NCBI GenBank assembly: GCA_002269645.1 | Contig: NIVC01004870.1 | Span: forward strand, 1 to 32,803 | Direction: 5' to 3' | Source of the DNA: Macrostomum lignano | Lineage: Eukaryota | DNA length: 32,803 bases | Part shown: piece after piece, positions 12,382-22,188 of the stretch | Layout of the letters: each line of letters starts with the position of its first letter | Position numbering within the stretch: position 1 is the first letter of the stretch | The notes under the pieces: model-generated | Seen by the model: the letters and a program-made list of their open reading frames with translations, nothing else | Told to the model about the DNA's origin: nothing | The model's database searches: none | Translations under genes and position numbers: made by a program

Positions 12382-13521
12382 ATGCTCGCACCACTACTCA
12401 GTCTGCTGCTGCTTGTGACTGCTGCTGCAGCCGCTAATCCAGGTAAGCAACCGGTAAATTGTCTACCTGTGAATGTAAATTTTACATACCAGATATTGAT
12501 ATCTCACGAACTGATCAATCATCTCATAGTATTCGAGTTCGACTTAGCCGCTGCAAAATTCTCCTGCTCAGCCAGCTCGATCTCCGTGAGCGCTCGAGGC
12601 GAAATCGAGTGCGCTATGAAATGCGGTCAAGCTGGCGACATGTTCTCATTCAGCTTCATCAACGGAGTCTGCGTCCTGTCCGACAGCACGAGCATAAGCT
12701 GTTCCGCACCATCTGCTGCAGTTGTGTACATGAAGCGCAGTGGCGAGTTTTTTACATTGTAGCCTTGCTGGCTTGGAAAGCATGACCGTCGGCGAACAAA
12801 ATGGTGATTTCTAATTCATCATTCCCATAAACCGCACTCCTTCCACCATATCATGCAGTTTTTCCCGAAAAAGTCCCGGCTACCAGCAGCAGATCGGCGG
12901 CCGGACATTCTGGGTGTTCCAGCGGCGACAGACGGGAGAGATCGCCTTCGGCAGGAACTGGACCGACTACGCTAGCGGCTTCGGGAATGCCGTCGAGTTC
13001 TGGATTGGTGAGTCCGCCGTCCGATTGGCCAGTCTTCTTAGGACACCAGAAGCAATCGAAAGGATTCTCTCCCGTCAACTGCAGGATTCGAGAGCATCCG
13101 CAGTGTTACTGTGACCGGCGCTAAGCAACTCCGAGTCGAGACCCAGACCTTCGACGGAGAGTTCTACGCGCTCGAGTGGCTCGGCTTCACCGTCGGGGAC
13201 TTTAGCACGAATTACAGGATGAACTACGCCAGCTTCCTCATCAGCGCCAACTCCACCATTAACTGCGACTTTCTGTACTCAGCTAAAGGCCGGCCGTTCT
13301 CCACCTTCGACAGGGACGACGGTGCTTTCGGATCGAGCTGCAGCAGCAACTTCGATGGCGGCGGCTACTGGTGGGAAACGTGCATGAACTCCAACCCGAA
13401 CGGTCTGCACTCATTCACTAAGGCGTCCGGCGCCTCCTTCATGGCCTCGTCTTGCATTGGAAGATACAAGGCTCTCCATGTGATGCAGATGATGCTGCAG
13501 GTGTGCGGAGGTGCTCCTTGA
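12382..13521 (+). CDS. Secreted fibrinogen-related protein B (PAN/apple-like + fibrinogen C-terminal), paralog of A; exon 2/3 junction irregular
   Basis: Exons 12382-12442, ~12530-12742, ~12859-13007 and 13085-13521. Clear similarity to A: ECAMKC...SFSFINGVCVL, GYQQQIGGRTFWVFQRRQTG, FSTFDRDDG, GGYWWETCMNSNPNG. It lacks the Thr/Glu linker. Confidence 0.8.
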
Positions 13522-13559
13522 TTAACAAAGTCTTGCGAGCAACTTTTTTTACCAAAATA

Positions 13560-13846
13560 ACTGTAGGTCTAACCGATTTGATGATCAGGGGTTCTCGATC
13601 CCACTGGAACAATTTGTCCTTGAGCAAGACACTTAACTCTGCATTGCTGCAGTTCATCCAGTTTTAAAATGGGTGCCAGCATTAGCTGAGTTAATTGAGG
13701 GTGTGTGTGTGGCAACCCCCAGTCCTTGGACTGAACAGCCGTACGCATGCGCCTTCAGATACGCCTCGCAATAGCTGCGGTTGAGCTCCTGTCGTTTGCA
13801 CACCTGGCCCAATTGGGGCAGGTGTAATCAATTATTATTATAAATT
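13560..13846 (+). mobile_element. SINE with CORE-like central domain and (TTA)n-type tail
   Basis: Degenerate B-box GGGTTCTCGATCCC (~13588). GTCCTTGAGCAAGACACTTAACTCT...TTTTAAAATGGG (13616-13673) resembles the MIR/CORE consensus GACCTTGGGCAAGTCACTTAACCTCT...TGTAAAATGGG as recalled, not searched. Ends in AATTATTATTAT. Confidence 0.6.
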
Positions 13847-14220
13847 CAGTCAATTAAAATCGATTGGGATTTTCGCTTACTACGGCTTCAGATTGTGAGG
13901 CAAAGACTCATTTTCAGTGTCCGGAGGCTAATCGCGCTCAAGTTCCTGAGTTCGATTCTGGCTGGGATCTTGTCGCGAGAGATTATAACGCCCGAGCTAG
14001 GGTCGACCACAAAGACACGGAGTCTGTCAGCCTGGACATAGGAAATCAGGGCCTCTTCGTGTACAGCCAGTGGTGTGTTACTGCATATTCGTGTGCTTTT
14101 CCGTTAACCCAACCAAAGTTTCTCCTCTTCATGATCACCAGAATAGTGAATTCCAGGTGATCAATCTAAACAGCTGCTGCTGGCTGAAGCCTTGAGCTAC
14201 GGATCAAGTTTGAGCAAGAG

Positions 14221-14488
14221 AAAACACTGATTGACAGGTGCACCAGTGGATGAATTTATATGCATCAGAGAGTAGTGAAGGCGCTGAGCTGTTTTGCAAT
14301 CCGACTCAAAATCTGAAGAAAAAAACAGAACAAAACTGTCTGCAATTCTTCGTCAAAGCTTGCTTCAAAAATGATGCACACGCTGCATCTCAGACACGTG
14401 GAAAACTTTGGGGGGCTGCAGAAAAACCTGACGATGCTCGCCTCCATACTGAGTCTGCTGCTGTGGCTTTTGTTTTCACATCAAGTCA
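14221..14488 (+). pseudogene. Relic third FREP paralog: promoter + signal-peptide exon
   Basis: TGATTGACAGGTGCACCAGTGGAT matches TGATTGACAGGTGCGCCTGTGGAT upstream of FREP B. ACGATGCTCGCCTCCATACTGAGTCTGCTGCTG (ATG 14434; MLASILSLLLW) matches FREP B exon 1 ACGATGCTCGCACCACTACTCAGTCTGCTGCTG. No intact exon 2 or FBG exons follow. Confidence 0.6.
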
Positions 14489-15138
14489 GTAAAACTGAAA
14501 GTCACACAAGAGACAGTTATGGTGTGATCAATCTCAATCTAAATCAAGACTAAGTTGCAATGCAGTCTTGTGCTATGCAGCCACACACCAAAGTGAATCT
14601 TGTCTTGCGGTCACAATTCAGCCAGTCAACTGAAAAAAAATCAAAGTCTGAGTAGAAAGTGCAAACTGTAATCAAATTTAGCACTGCAAAACAACAGGCG
14701 GCTGCTGACCAAAAGATGACGAGCGGAATTGAAATGACTGACGGCCTGCCTGATTTTTTTGTATTTCAACACGATATGGCAACGCGACAAGCCCAGTTAT
14801 TAATAATGTTCACCTTGCGCTCTTATAGCTGACTAAAACACCGCGTTATTTGGCACAACACCAATATAGGGTGACAGATAGCCATAAATATTTTAGAAAC
14901 AAAAGGTAATGCGGCTATTTAATAGAATTACTAATCAGGTTACTATAAGCTTTCGCGTCAAATAGAGTTTTGATCGAGCTGAAGCTGGTAGAATTTGAAT
15001 ATTTATTGCAAAGCAGAACAGATACGAGTATAACATAAAGCAACAATGGCTACCATACGAGTACAAACTTATTGAGTCTATTTTTCTAAGAAACAGCTAG
15101 CAAGGCGAAGATAAAGCAAAAGTTCTGGAAACCAATTA

Positions 15139-15149
15139 TTTATTTTATT
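15139..15149 (-). terminator. Candidate poly(A) signals (AATAAA x2) for RPN1
   Basis: TTTATT at 15139-15144 and 15144-15149 on the + strand. These are the first AATAAA hexamers I found downstream of the RPN1 stop. Confidence 0.35.
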
Positions 15150-15275
15150 TTTTAATTAGCTAAACAGAGTTGATAACGGCAGAACCGGAACTTATTCTTC
15201 TCAGACCAACTATATGAAACTTGGGGCGGCATGGCAGTAAAGAAAGGTAATTAAGGTGCAAATATTTTCACTAAC

Positions 15276-15885
15276 AACTTGAAATCCCAGAATCCCGATT
15301 TGAAATCCCACGATCCCAATCTAAAATCCCAGGATCCCAATCTGAAATCCCGGCATCCCAATCTGAAATCCCGGCAACTCAATCTAAAATCCCGGAATCC
15401 CAATCTGAAATCCCAGGATCTCAATCTGAAATCCCAGGATCTCAATCTGAATTCCCAGCATTCCAACCTGAAATCTCAATCTGAAATCCCAGGATCTCAA
15501 TCTGAAATCCCAGGATCTCAATCTAAAATCCCAGGATCTCAATCTGAAATCCCAGGATCTCAATCTGAAATCCCAGGATCCCAATCTGAAATCCCGGCAT
15601 CCCAATCTGAAATCCCGGCAACCCAATCTGAAATCCCGGCATCCCAATCTGAAATCCCAGGATCTCAATCTGAAATCCCAGGATCTCAATCTGAATTCCC
15701 AGCATCCCAACCTGAAATCTCAATCTGAAATCCCAGGATCTCAATCTGAAATCCCGGCATCCCAATCTGAAATCCCGGGATCTCAATCTGAATTCCCAGC
15801 ACCCCAACCTGAAATCCCAGGATCCCAATTTGAAATCCCAGGATCCCAACCTGAATTCCCAGCATAATAATCTGAAATCCAGGTA
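15276..15885. repeat. 21-bp minisatellite (AATCTGAAATCCCAGGATCTC), ~29 copies
   Basis: Direct tandem units with point variants. Confidence 0.95.
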
Positions 15886-15994
15886 CAAGTGTATCGGTAG
15901 GATGCAGAAGCCGAATATTACTAGCTGACAGTGTTAGCCCCAACAACCACTCAGCGTCAAGCCAGCCCCGGTCCGAGAGCTCGCACCAGTCCGC

Positions 15995-18900
15995 TTACAG
16001 GCCTTCAACCAGCTGCTCGATGCGAGCCACAGCGTCCTCCTTGTTCTTGACGTGCTTGGCGTCGGCGTCCAGGTACTGCTGGCGGGTGATCTTGTTGGCA
16101 ACCAGAGCCTCAGCCTGACTGGCCGCGGTCTGCAGCAGTTCAGCCAGGCGGCTGTCCTGACGCTGCAGTTCGTCAAGTCGCTCCAGCAGGTCGCCGGGCG
16201 GAGCGAAGGCCGGGTCGCTGCGGATGGCCTTCACCAGCTCAGCGACCTTCTTGGTCAGAGCTTTGTGGTCAGTAGTGACCTGCGACAGGGGCAGTAGTTG
16301 GGCATCTCTTGGTGTATAAATCTTAAAGGAAATTTCTTAGCGGGGCTCATACACAGGGAAAAGACCTGGCAGGAAATCCCAATTTCAGGGAAATTCCCAT
16401 TTCAGAGGAATCCCCATTTCAGGGGAATCTCCATTTCAGGAAAATTTCTATTTCAGGAAAATTCCCATTTCAGGGGAATCTCCATTTCAGGAAAATTCCC
16501 ATTTCAGGGGAATCTCCATTTCAGGAAAATTCCCATTTCAGGGGAATCTCAATTTCAGGAAAATTCCCATTTCAGGGAAATCCCCATTTAAGGGGAATTC
16601 TTATTTAAGGGGAATTCCAATTTTAGGGGAATTCCCATTTCTAAAATTGTGGGATATTCCCATTTCGGAAGTAAACAAGTTTTAGTGGAAGAATCCTGTG
16701 GATACTGGTAATTTCAATAGACTTCTTGGGCCGAATTCCGTGGATATAAATATTGTATTTTAGGAATTCTAAAAGACGAAATTCTTTTGCAAGGAATTCT
16801 TGAGGATATAAAAATCGATAATGGACATCCCCAGAAGCCTGACAGGGAAGTTCCCAGCGCGCCGGTGCTTTCAAAACCCTGAAATCGATCGGTTGAGGTA
16901 GAGATCCCACCTTATTAACGTCGGACTTGAACCGGCCGTGGTCTTTGCCGGACTTGAACTTGTTAATGGCGTCCTCGTAGCACTGGTACAGGGCGGAGCG
17001 CCTGTCCTGCAGGCCGACAATCTCGGAAGTCAGGCAGCCGAGGCGCTGCTTCATCTCGGTGCTGGCGTCCTGCACGATAGAGAAGTTGAGCCGCACGGCC
17101 AGGATGACGGTGAGGAACAGCACGAGGAAGAAGGTGGTGGCCATCAGCGGCTCGCGGATCAGCGACCAAGAGGCGAACTCGTAGCGGACAACCAGCTCCT
17201 GGATGTGCTGGTCCACGAGGTTGGCCTGCGGGGTGGGGGGGGGAGCTCACGGCTTCAGATTTGGAGCAGAGTAACTGACAATGTGGGATAGATCAACTAA
17301 GGGTTTGGGATAGATCAGGTGTGGGATAGATCAGCTGTAGGTTAGATCAGCTGTAGGTTAGATCAGGTGTGGGATAGATCAGCTGTAGGTTAGATCAGGT
17401 GTGGGATAGATCAGGTGTGGGGTAGATCAGGTGTGGGATAGATCAGCTGTAGGTTAGATCAGGTGTGGGATAGATCAGGTGTAGGTTAGATCAGCTGTAG
17501 GTTAGATCAGGTGTGGGGTAGATCAGGTGTGGGGTAGATCAGGTGTGGGATAGATCAGCTGTAGGTTAGATCAGGTGTGGGATAGATCAGGTGTGGGATA
17601 GATCAGCTGTAGGTTAGATCAGCTGTAGGTTAGATCAGCTGTAGGTTAGATCAGGTGTGGGGTAGATCAGGTGTGGGATAGATCAGCTGTAGGTTAGATC
17701 AGGTGTGGGATAGATCAGGTGTGGGATAGATCAGCTGTAGGTTAGATCAGGTGTGGGATAGATCAGGTGTGGGATAGATCAGCTGTAGGTTAGATCAGGT
17801 GTGGGATAGATCAGGTGTGGGATAGATCAGCTGTAGGTTAGATCAGGTGTGGGATAGATCAGGTGTGGGATAGATCAGCTGTAGGTTAGATCAGGTGTGG
17901 GATAGATCAGGTGTGGGATAGATCAGCTGTAGGTTAGATCAGGTGTAGCTTAGATCAGCTGTAGGATAGATCAGCTGTAGCTTAGATCAGGTGTGGAATA
18001 GATCAGCTGTAGGTTAGATCAGGTGTGGGATAGATCAGGTGTGGGATAGATCAGCTGTAGGTTAGATCAGGTGTGGGATAGATCAGGTGTGGGATAGATC
18101 AGGTGTGGGATAGATCAGGTGTGGGATAGATCAGGTGTGGGATAGATCAGCTGTAGGATAGATCAGCTGTAGCTTAGATCAGGTGTGGAATAGATCAGCT
18201 GTAGGATAGATCAGCTGTAGCTTAGATCAGGTGTGGAATAGATCAGCTGTAGGATAGATCAGCTGTAGGTTAGATCAGCTGTAGGTTAGATCAGGTGTGG
18301 GGTAGAGCAGCTGTAGCTTCGATCAGGTGTGGGGTTCAGTAAAATTTTCCCAGCCGCTTACCTTGCTCAGCACAAGCACGGGCCGCCCCACGGTATCCAG
18401 GTAAGTCTTAATCAGCTCCCTGGGGCCTTCGATCACAGGGTAAGGCGCCTCGTATCGAATGTTGGTGGCCAGCTCGGGCAGCACAATCTTGAGGGTGATC
18501 CGGTCCACCACCATATCGTCGTGCACGTGATCAATGAAGCGAATGCGCAGAGCATACTGGTTGCCGCTACTGAACAGGTACTCGTAGCTGGGCACATTGT
18601 ACCCGATGATGTAGTCGGTGTTCCAGCCGCCGAACAGTGGGAACCTGGGCCGCAGTTCGATCTCAACGGAGTCGATCAGCTCGCGCAGATTGGACGTACT
18701 GATGTTGCCGATGTCGTCGCGGTAGTACACGTCCTTGGCGGCGGCCGGCAGCACGGTCTTGTAGGCTCGGACGCTGGACACGCCATCGTTCTTGCGCTGA
18801 TACTCGTAGCGGGAGAAGCTGCCCTTGAGCTTGGCGCCGGAGTGGACAACGTGGATTTTCTCTTCAATAGCAACGTTGCCCCAGTGGGACACCTCGACAT

Positions 18901-21579
18901 GGCGCAGCATGTCGACGACCGTGAGGAATGGAGCGTTGTTCTCGTAGTGAACGCTCACCTGCAAATGGGGTGTGGCGGCAATCAATGCTGTCGATTGCGT
19001 TAACTAGCCGAGCAGGGTCGGGAAACTTTTTAAAAATTAAGGGTCAGATAAAGAATCTAGCGCATGACTGCGGGCCAGATGAGAGAAGAGAGAAGAGAAA
19101 AGGTAGAGATCAAGGAGATGAGAGGAGATAAGAGAGGAGGGATGAGATGAGAGATGAGAGGTGAGAAGAGATGAGAGGAGAGGTGAGAGGAGAGAGGAGA
19201 GAGAGGAGAGCAGAGAGATGGGAGAGAGGAGGGTAGAGAGATGAGAGAGAGAGGAGAGAGAGAGAGAGGGGAGGGGAGAGAGATGAGAGAGAGAGGAGAG
19301 AGATGAGAGAGGGGAGGGGAGAGAGATGAGAGAAGCGAGGTGAGAAGAGATGAGAGAGGAAAGGTGAGAGAAGGGGAGAGAGGTGAGAGAGAGGAGAGAT
19401 GAGAGAGAGGAGGGGAGAGAGATGAGAGAAGAGAGGTGAGAAGAGATGAGAGGGGAGGTGAGAGAAGAGAGGGGAGAGGAGAGAGGAGGGCAGAGAGATG
19501 AGAGAGGAAAGGTGAGAGAAGGGGAGAGAGGGGAGAGAGGTGAGAGAGAGGAGAGATGAGAGAGAGGAGGGGAGAGAGATGAGAGAAGAGAGGTGAGGAG
19601 AGGTGAGAGAAGAGAGGGGAGAGGAGAGAGGAAGGCAGAGAGATGAGAGAGGAAAGGTGAGAGAAGGGGAGAGAGGTGAGAGAGAGGTGAGAGATGAGAG
19701 AAGAGGAGGAAAAGAAAAATGAGCTGAGATTCTGACACAAATCTTGAGCGGGCCGGATTGCTATTGTGGATTTCAAAGGACCCGAGGCCCAGATAGAGAG
19801 GCTTCGCGGGCCGGAGTGTGCCGACCCCAGTGACCAGTGCCGTGAACTGCACAGCCTGCGGCCCTCGTGAGCCATGGATATTATAATATTAAAGCCTTCA
19901 TACCCTATTCTTGCTACTTTTTTAAGTAGGCGATTGCAAGCGATAAGTGAATGGAATGAATGATAGAGATTCGCACCTCCTGCTGGGTGAAGGCGGGCAC
20001 GTTAGCGAAGGGGCCGTAGGTGATGGTGGACTCCTGCTTGTTCACCGGCTGCAGGTTGGTAAAATCCAGGATGTTCGGATTGGCCGTACGAATCTGAGTC
20101 TCAACAGAGTCGCTGGGGTAGGGCGAGTAGAAATTGGCATTGCCAGTGAAGCGCAGGTACTGCCTCTCTGACTGGGTGATCTCGCTGGGGTAGGGCGCGA
20201 GCTTGTGCGTGTAGTAGGCCGTCACCACCAGGCTGGAGGGCCGCGACCCGATGGAGATTTCGTACAGCCTGGTAGAGGTTGGGGCGAGTGGCGTGCAAGT
20301 CAATAGGAACAGCTTTGAGTTATTTCAACTGCAATTCAGCACTGCATCTACAGGGCACACTCACTGCTTTCCATTCTTGGATACAGGCTTGATTGGCAGA
20401 GCTGGGCTGTCTTCACCGGATTTGGTCTAAAATGAAATAGTAATTCTATTGTTATATTTCAATCCATTACCCTAAAAAAATAAAGTATTGTGTTATCTCA
20501 TTTGTTTATTTACTATTAGAGTTCCAATCTTTCACATTTGTGCCTTTTCAAATTGGTGACTATTTTTCTATGCTTTTCTCAGTGATAACTTCATGAGAAC
20601 AATCCTCCATATTTATATATTTGAATGTTAGCCAGTGAGCCAGTATGTTATCAATAATAACAAAGTGATAAACAAATAAACCCTTAAAAGAATGTTAAAT
20701 ATGTTGTAGCATCATAGAATGTAATAATATAAGATACATGAAGTTATTAAATACATTAGTAGAGTTTTTCTATAATTTTTATTATAGGCCTAGTCAGTTT
20801 TGGTTGTAATTAAATTTACCATTTTAACAAATCATTTTATAAAAAATAAGGCTATATGTGAATAATTTGTGCTTTTAAAGATGTTTTTAACTTTTTAAAA
20901 CTTAAATAAATTCTATAGCTTTTTTGCTTTCAAATCAACAAAAACGAATTTTCAAAAAATTTGCCCTTGATTTTTGGATTTCGCCATATAATAATATAAA
21001 TATAAATAAATGGAAATCATCAATCGAACAAAGCCAAAGATTAAAAAACTGCTTTAGATCAATTCAAAGAAAATTGAATATAAATAAAAATTGGTAATAA
21101 GAAATAAAATTAAAAATTGGTATATATCAGGGGTATACTCTTATACTTGTATAGAACTAATTTTTAATCTATCACTAAATTTGTAATTTATTTTCTCTTT
21201 GCTAATTTATTTCTAAAAAAGTCTTAGTCCTAAAACGAACTTACAGTACAAACTATTAATAGGAATATCCTGAATAATTAAATTTGGAGAATTTCAAGTA
21301 AAAAATTTAATAAATTTTGGGGTTCATTATTGTTCAAAATTCAAAATGAAATTTAATGCTTACAGAGGCACCAATAAATGCCATGTTGTCCTCATAACCA
21401 GGTTCGGCAGCAAAAAGGTATGTAGAGCCAAAACTTTCAGACGAAATAACTGTTTCGATTTTGACGATTTGAGTAGTTAAATCCACTTTCCTAACAACCT
21501 TTGAGTTCTTCGCCTGCTCACTGCAGTTTGAGGCAGAAAGCATCAGCAGAAAGTAGGCAATTAGAAGTGTCTTGTCCAT
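15995..21579 (-). CDS. RPN1: Ribophorin I (oligosaccharyltransferase subunit 1), 6 exons, ~588 aa
   Basis: Exons 21579-21364, 20426-20365, 20268-19977, 18958-18362, 17225-16911 and 16279-15995; GT-AG, phase-compatible, 1767 nt. Motifs: [76 protein letters not shown] helix. Confidence 0.97.
16362..16645. repeat. 17-bp minisatellite (CAGGAAAATTCCCATTT / CAGGGGAATCTCCATTT) in RPN1 intron 5
   Basis: About 16 tandem units with partly palindromic cores. Confidence 0.9.
17283..18330. repeat. 16-bp two-variant minisatellite (TAGATCAGGTGTGGGA / TAGATCAGCTGTAGGT), ~65 copies, RPN1 intron 4
   Basis: Fills nearly the whole intron 17226-18361. Confidence 0.97.
19078..19720. repeat. GA-rich low-complexity purine tract in RPN1 intron 3
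   Basis: Almost exclusively G/A (GAGAGGAGAGAGATGA-like units). Confidence 0.95.
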
Positions 21580-22188
21580 TTTCGTTTGTAAGAAAGACAA
21601 ACGATGTTCGATTAGGTTGGTTTGGTTGATTGATGAGTTGGAATAAAATAAAAAGCAAGTTTCAATTCATGAAATTGTTATTAAATCCAAGCTCAATTTT
21701 ACGCGGACACGTAGAAGCTTAGAAATTAAAGTTAAATATTGTTAAGAAATTATGTTGAATTATTCCATGCAATAACATAGTTGTTAACAATGTCTTTGAA
21801 TTTTAAATCATGTGCTTATTAACGTATCGTTTAACTGCAGACGGTGTTTTACTAATATTGCTAGAAAGCGCTAAATTTCAACTTTTTTATTCCTGGAATG
21901 AGACACGTTTTAGCCCAACTTTTTATATGATATCCACGCTTCGTTCATTCGTTCATGCTATCATGACCCTGACGGTCAGCCGCTTGTAAATTAGAGTCAC
22001 CAGTTTTTAAACCTGACTAACAGTCAGCATCGCATAGATATTCTAGACAAAAATACATTTCAGAGTTGTATTGTAGTACGTTTCCTTTGACGGCTTTGTA
22101 CTTCTGCTTTTTTAGTTTTAGCTTGAACCTAGCTAAATGACACCAAATTAGTCATAAGACTAGTTTCTTCCAGTAGTTTACTCGAGTA
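21580..22188. promoter_or_regulatory. Intergenic region between divergently transcribed RPN1 and STAR genes (candidate bidirectional promoter)
   Basis: The start codons at 21579(-) and 22189(+) are separated by only 609 bp. Confidence 0.6.

Noticed and set aside
13888-14104. ~70-codon open minus-strand frame (…HEEALISYVQADRLRVFVVDPSSGVIISRDKIP…) that looks protein-like
   Set aside because: No homology recognised and no convincing acceptor/donor pair. It would need BLASTX or RNA-seq support.
15251-15946. Several repetitive ORFs (SQSEIPG, WDFRLRS, LKSQDPN)
   Set aside because: All arise from the 21-bp repeat being a multiple of 3. There is no splice or start context linking them to a gene.
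16938-19003. Long plus-strand ORFs antisense to RPN1 exons (e.g. 18329-19003)
   Set aside because: Typical antisense shadows of GC3-rich coding sequence.
19037-19875. Two 270-aa Ser/Leu/Pro ORFs on the minus strand
   Set aside because: Translation of the GA/CT low-complexity tract within RPN1 intron 3.
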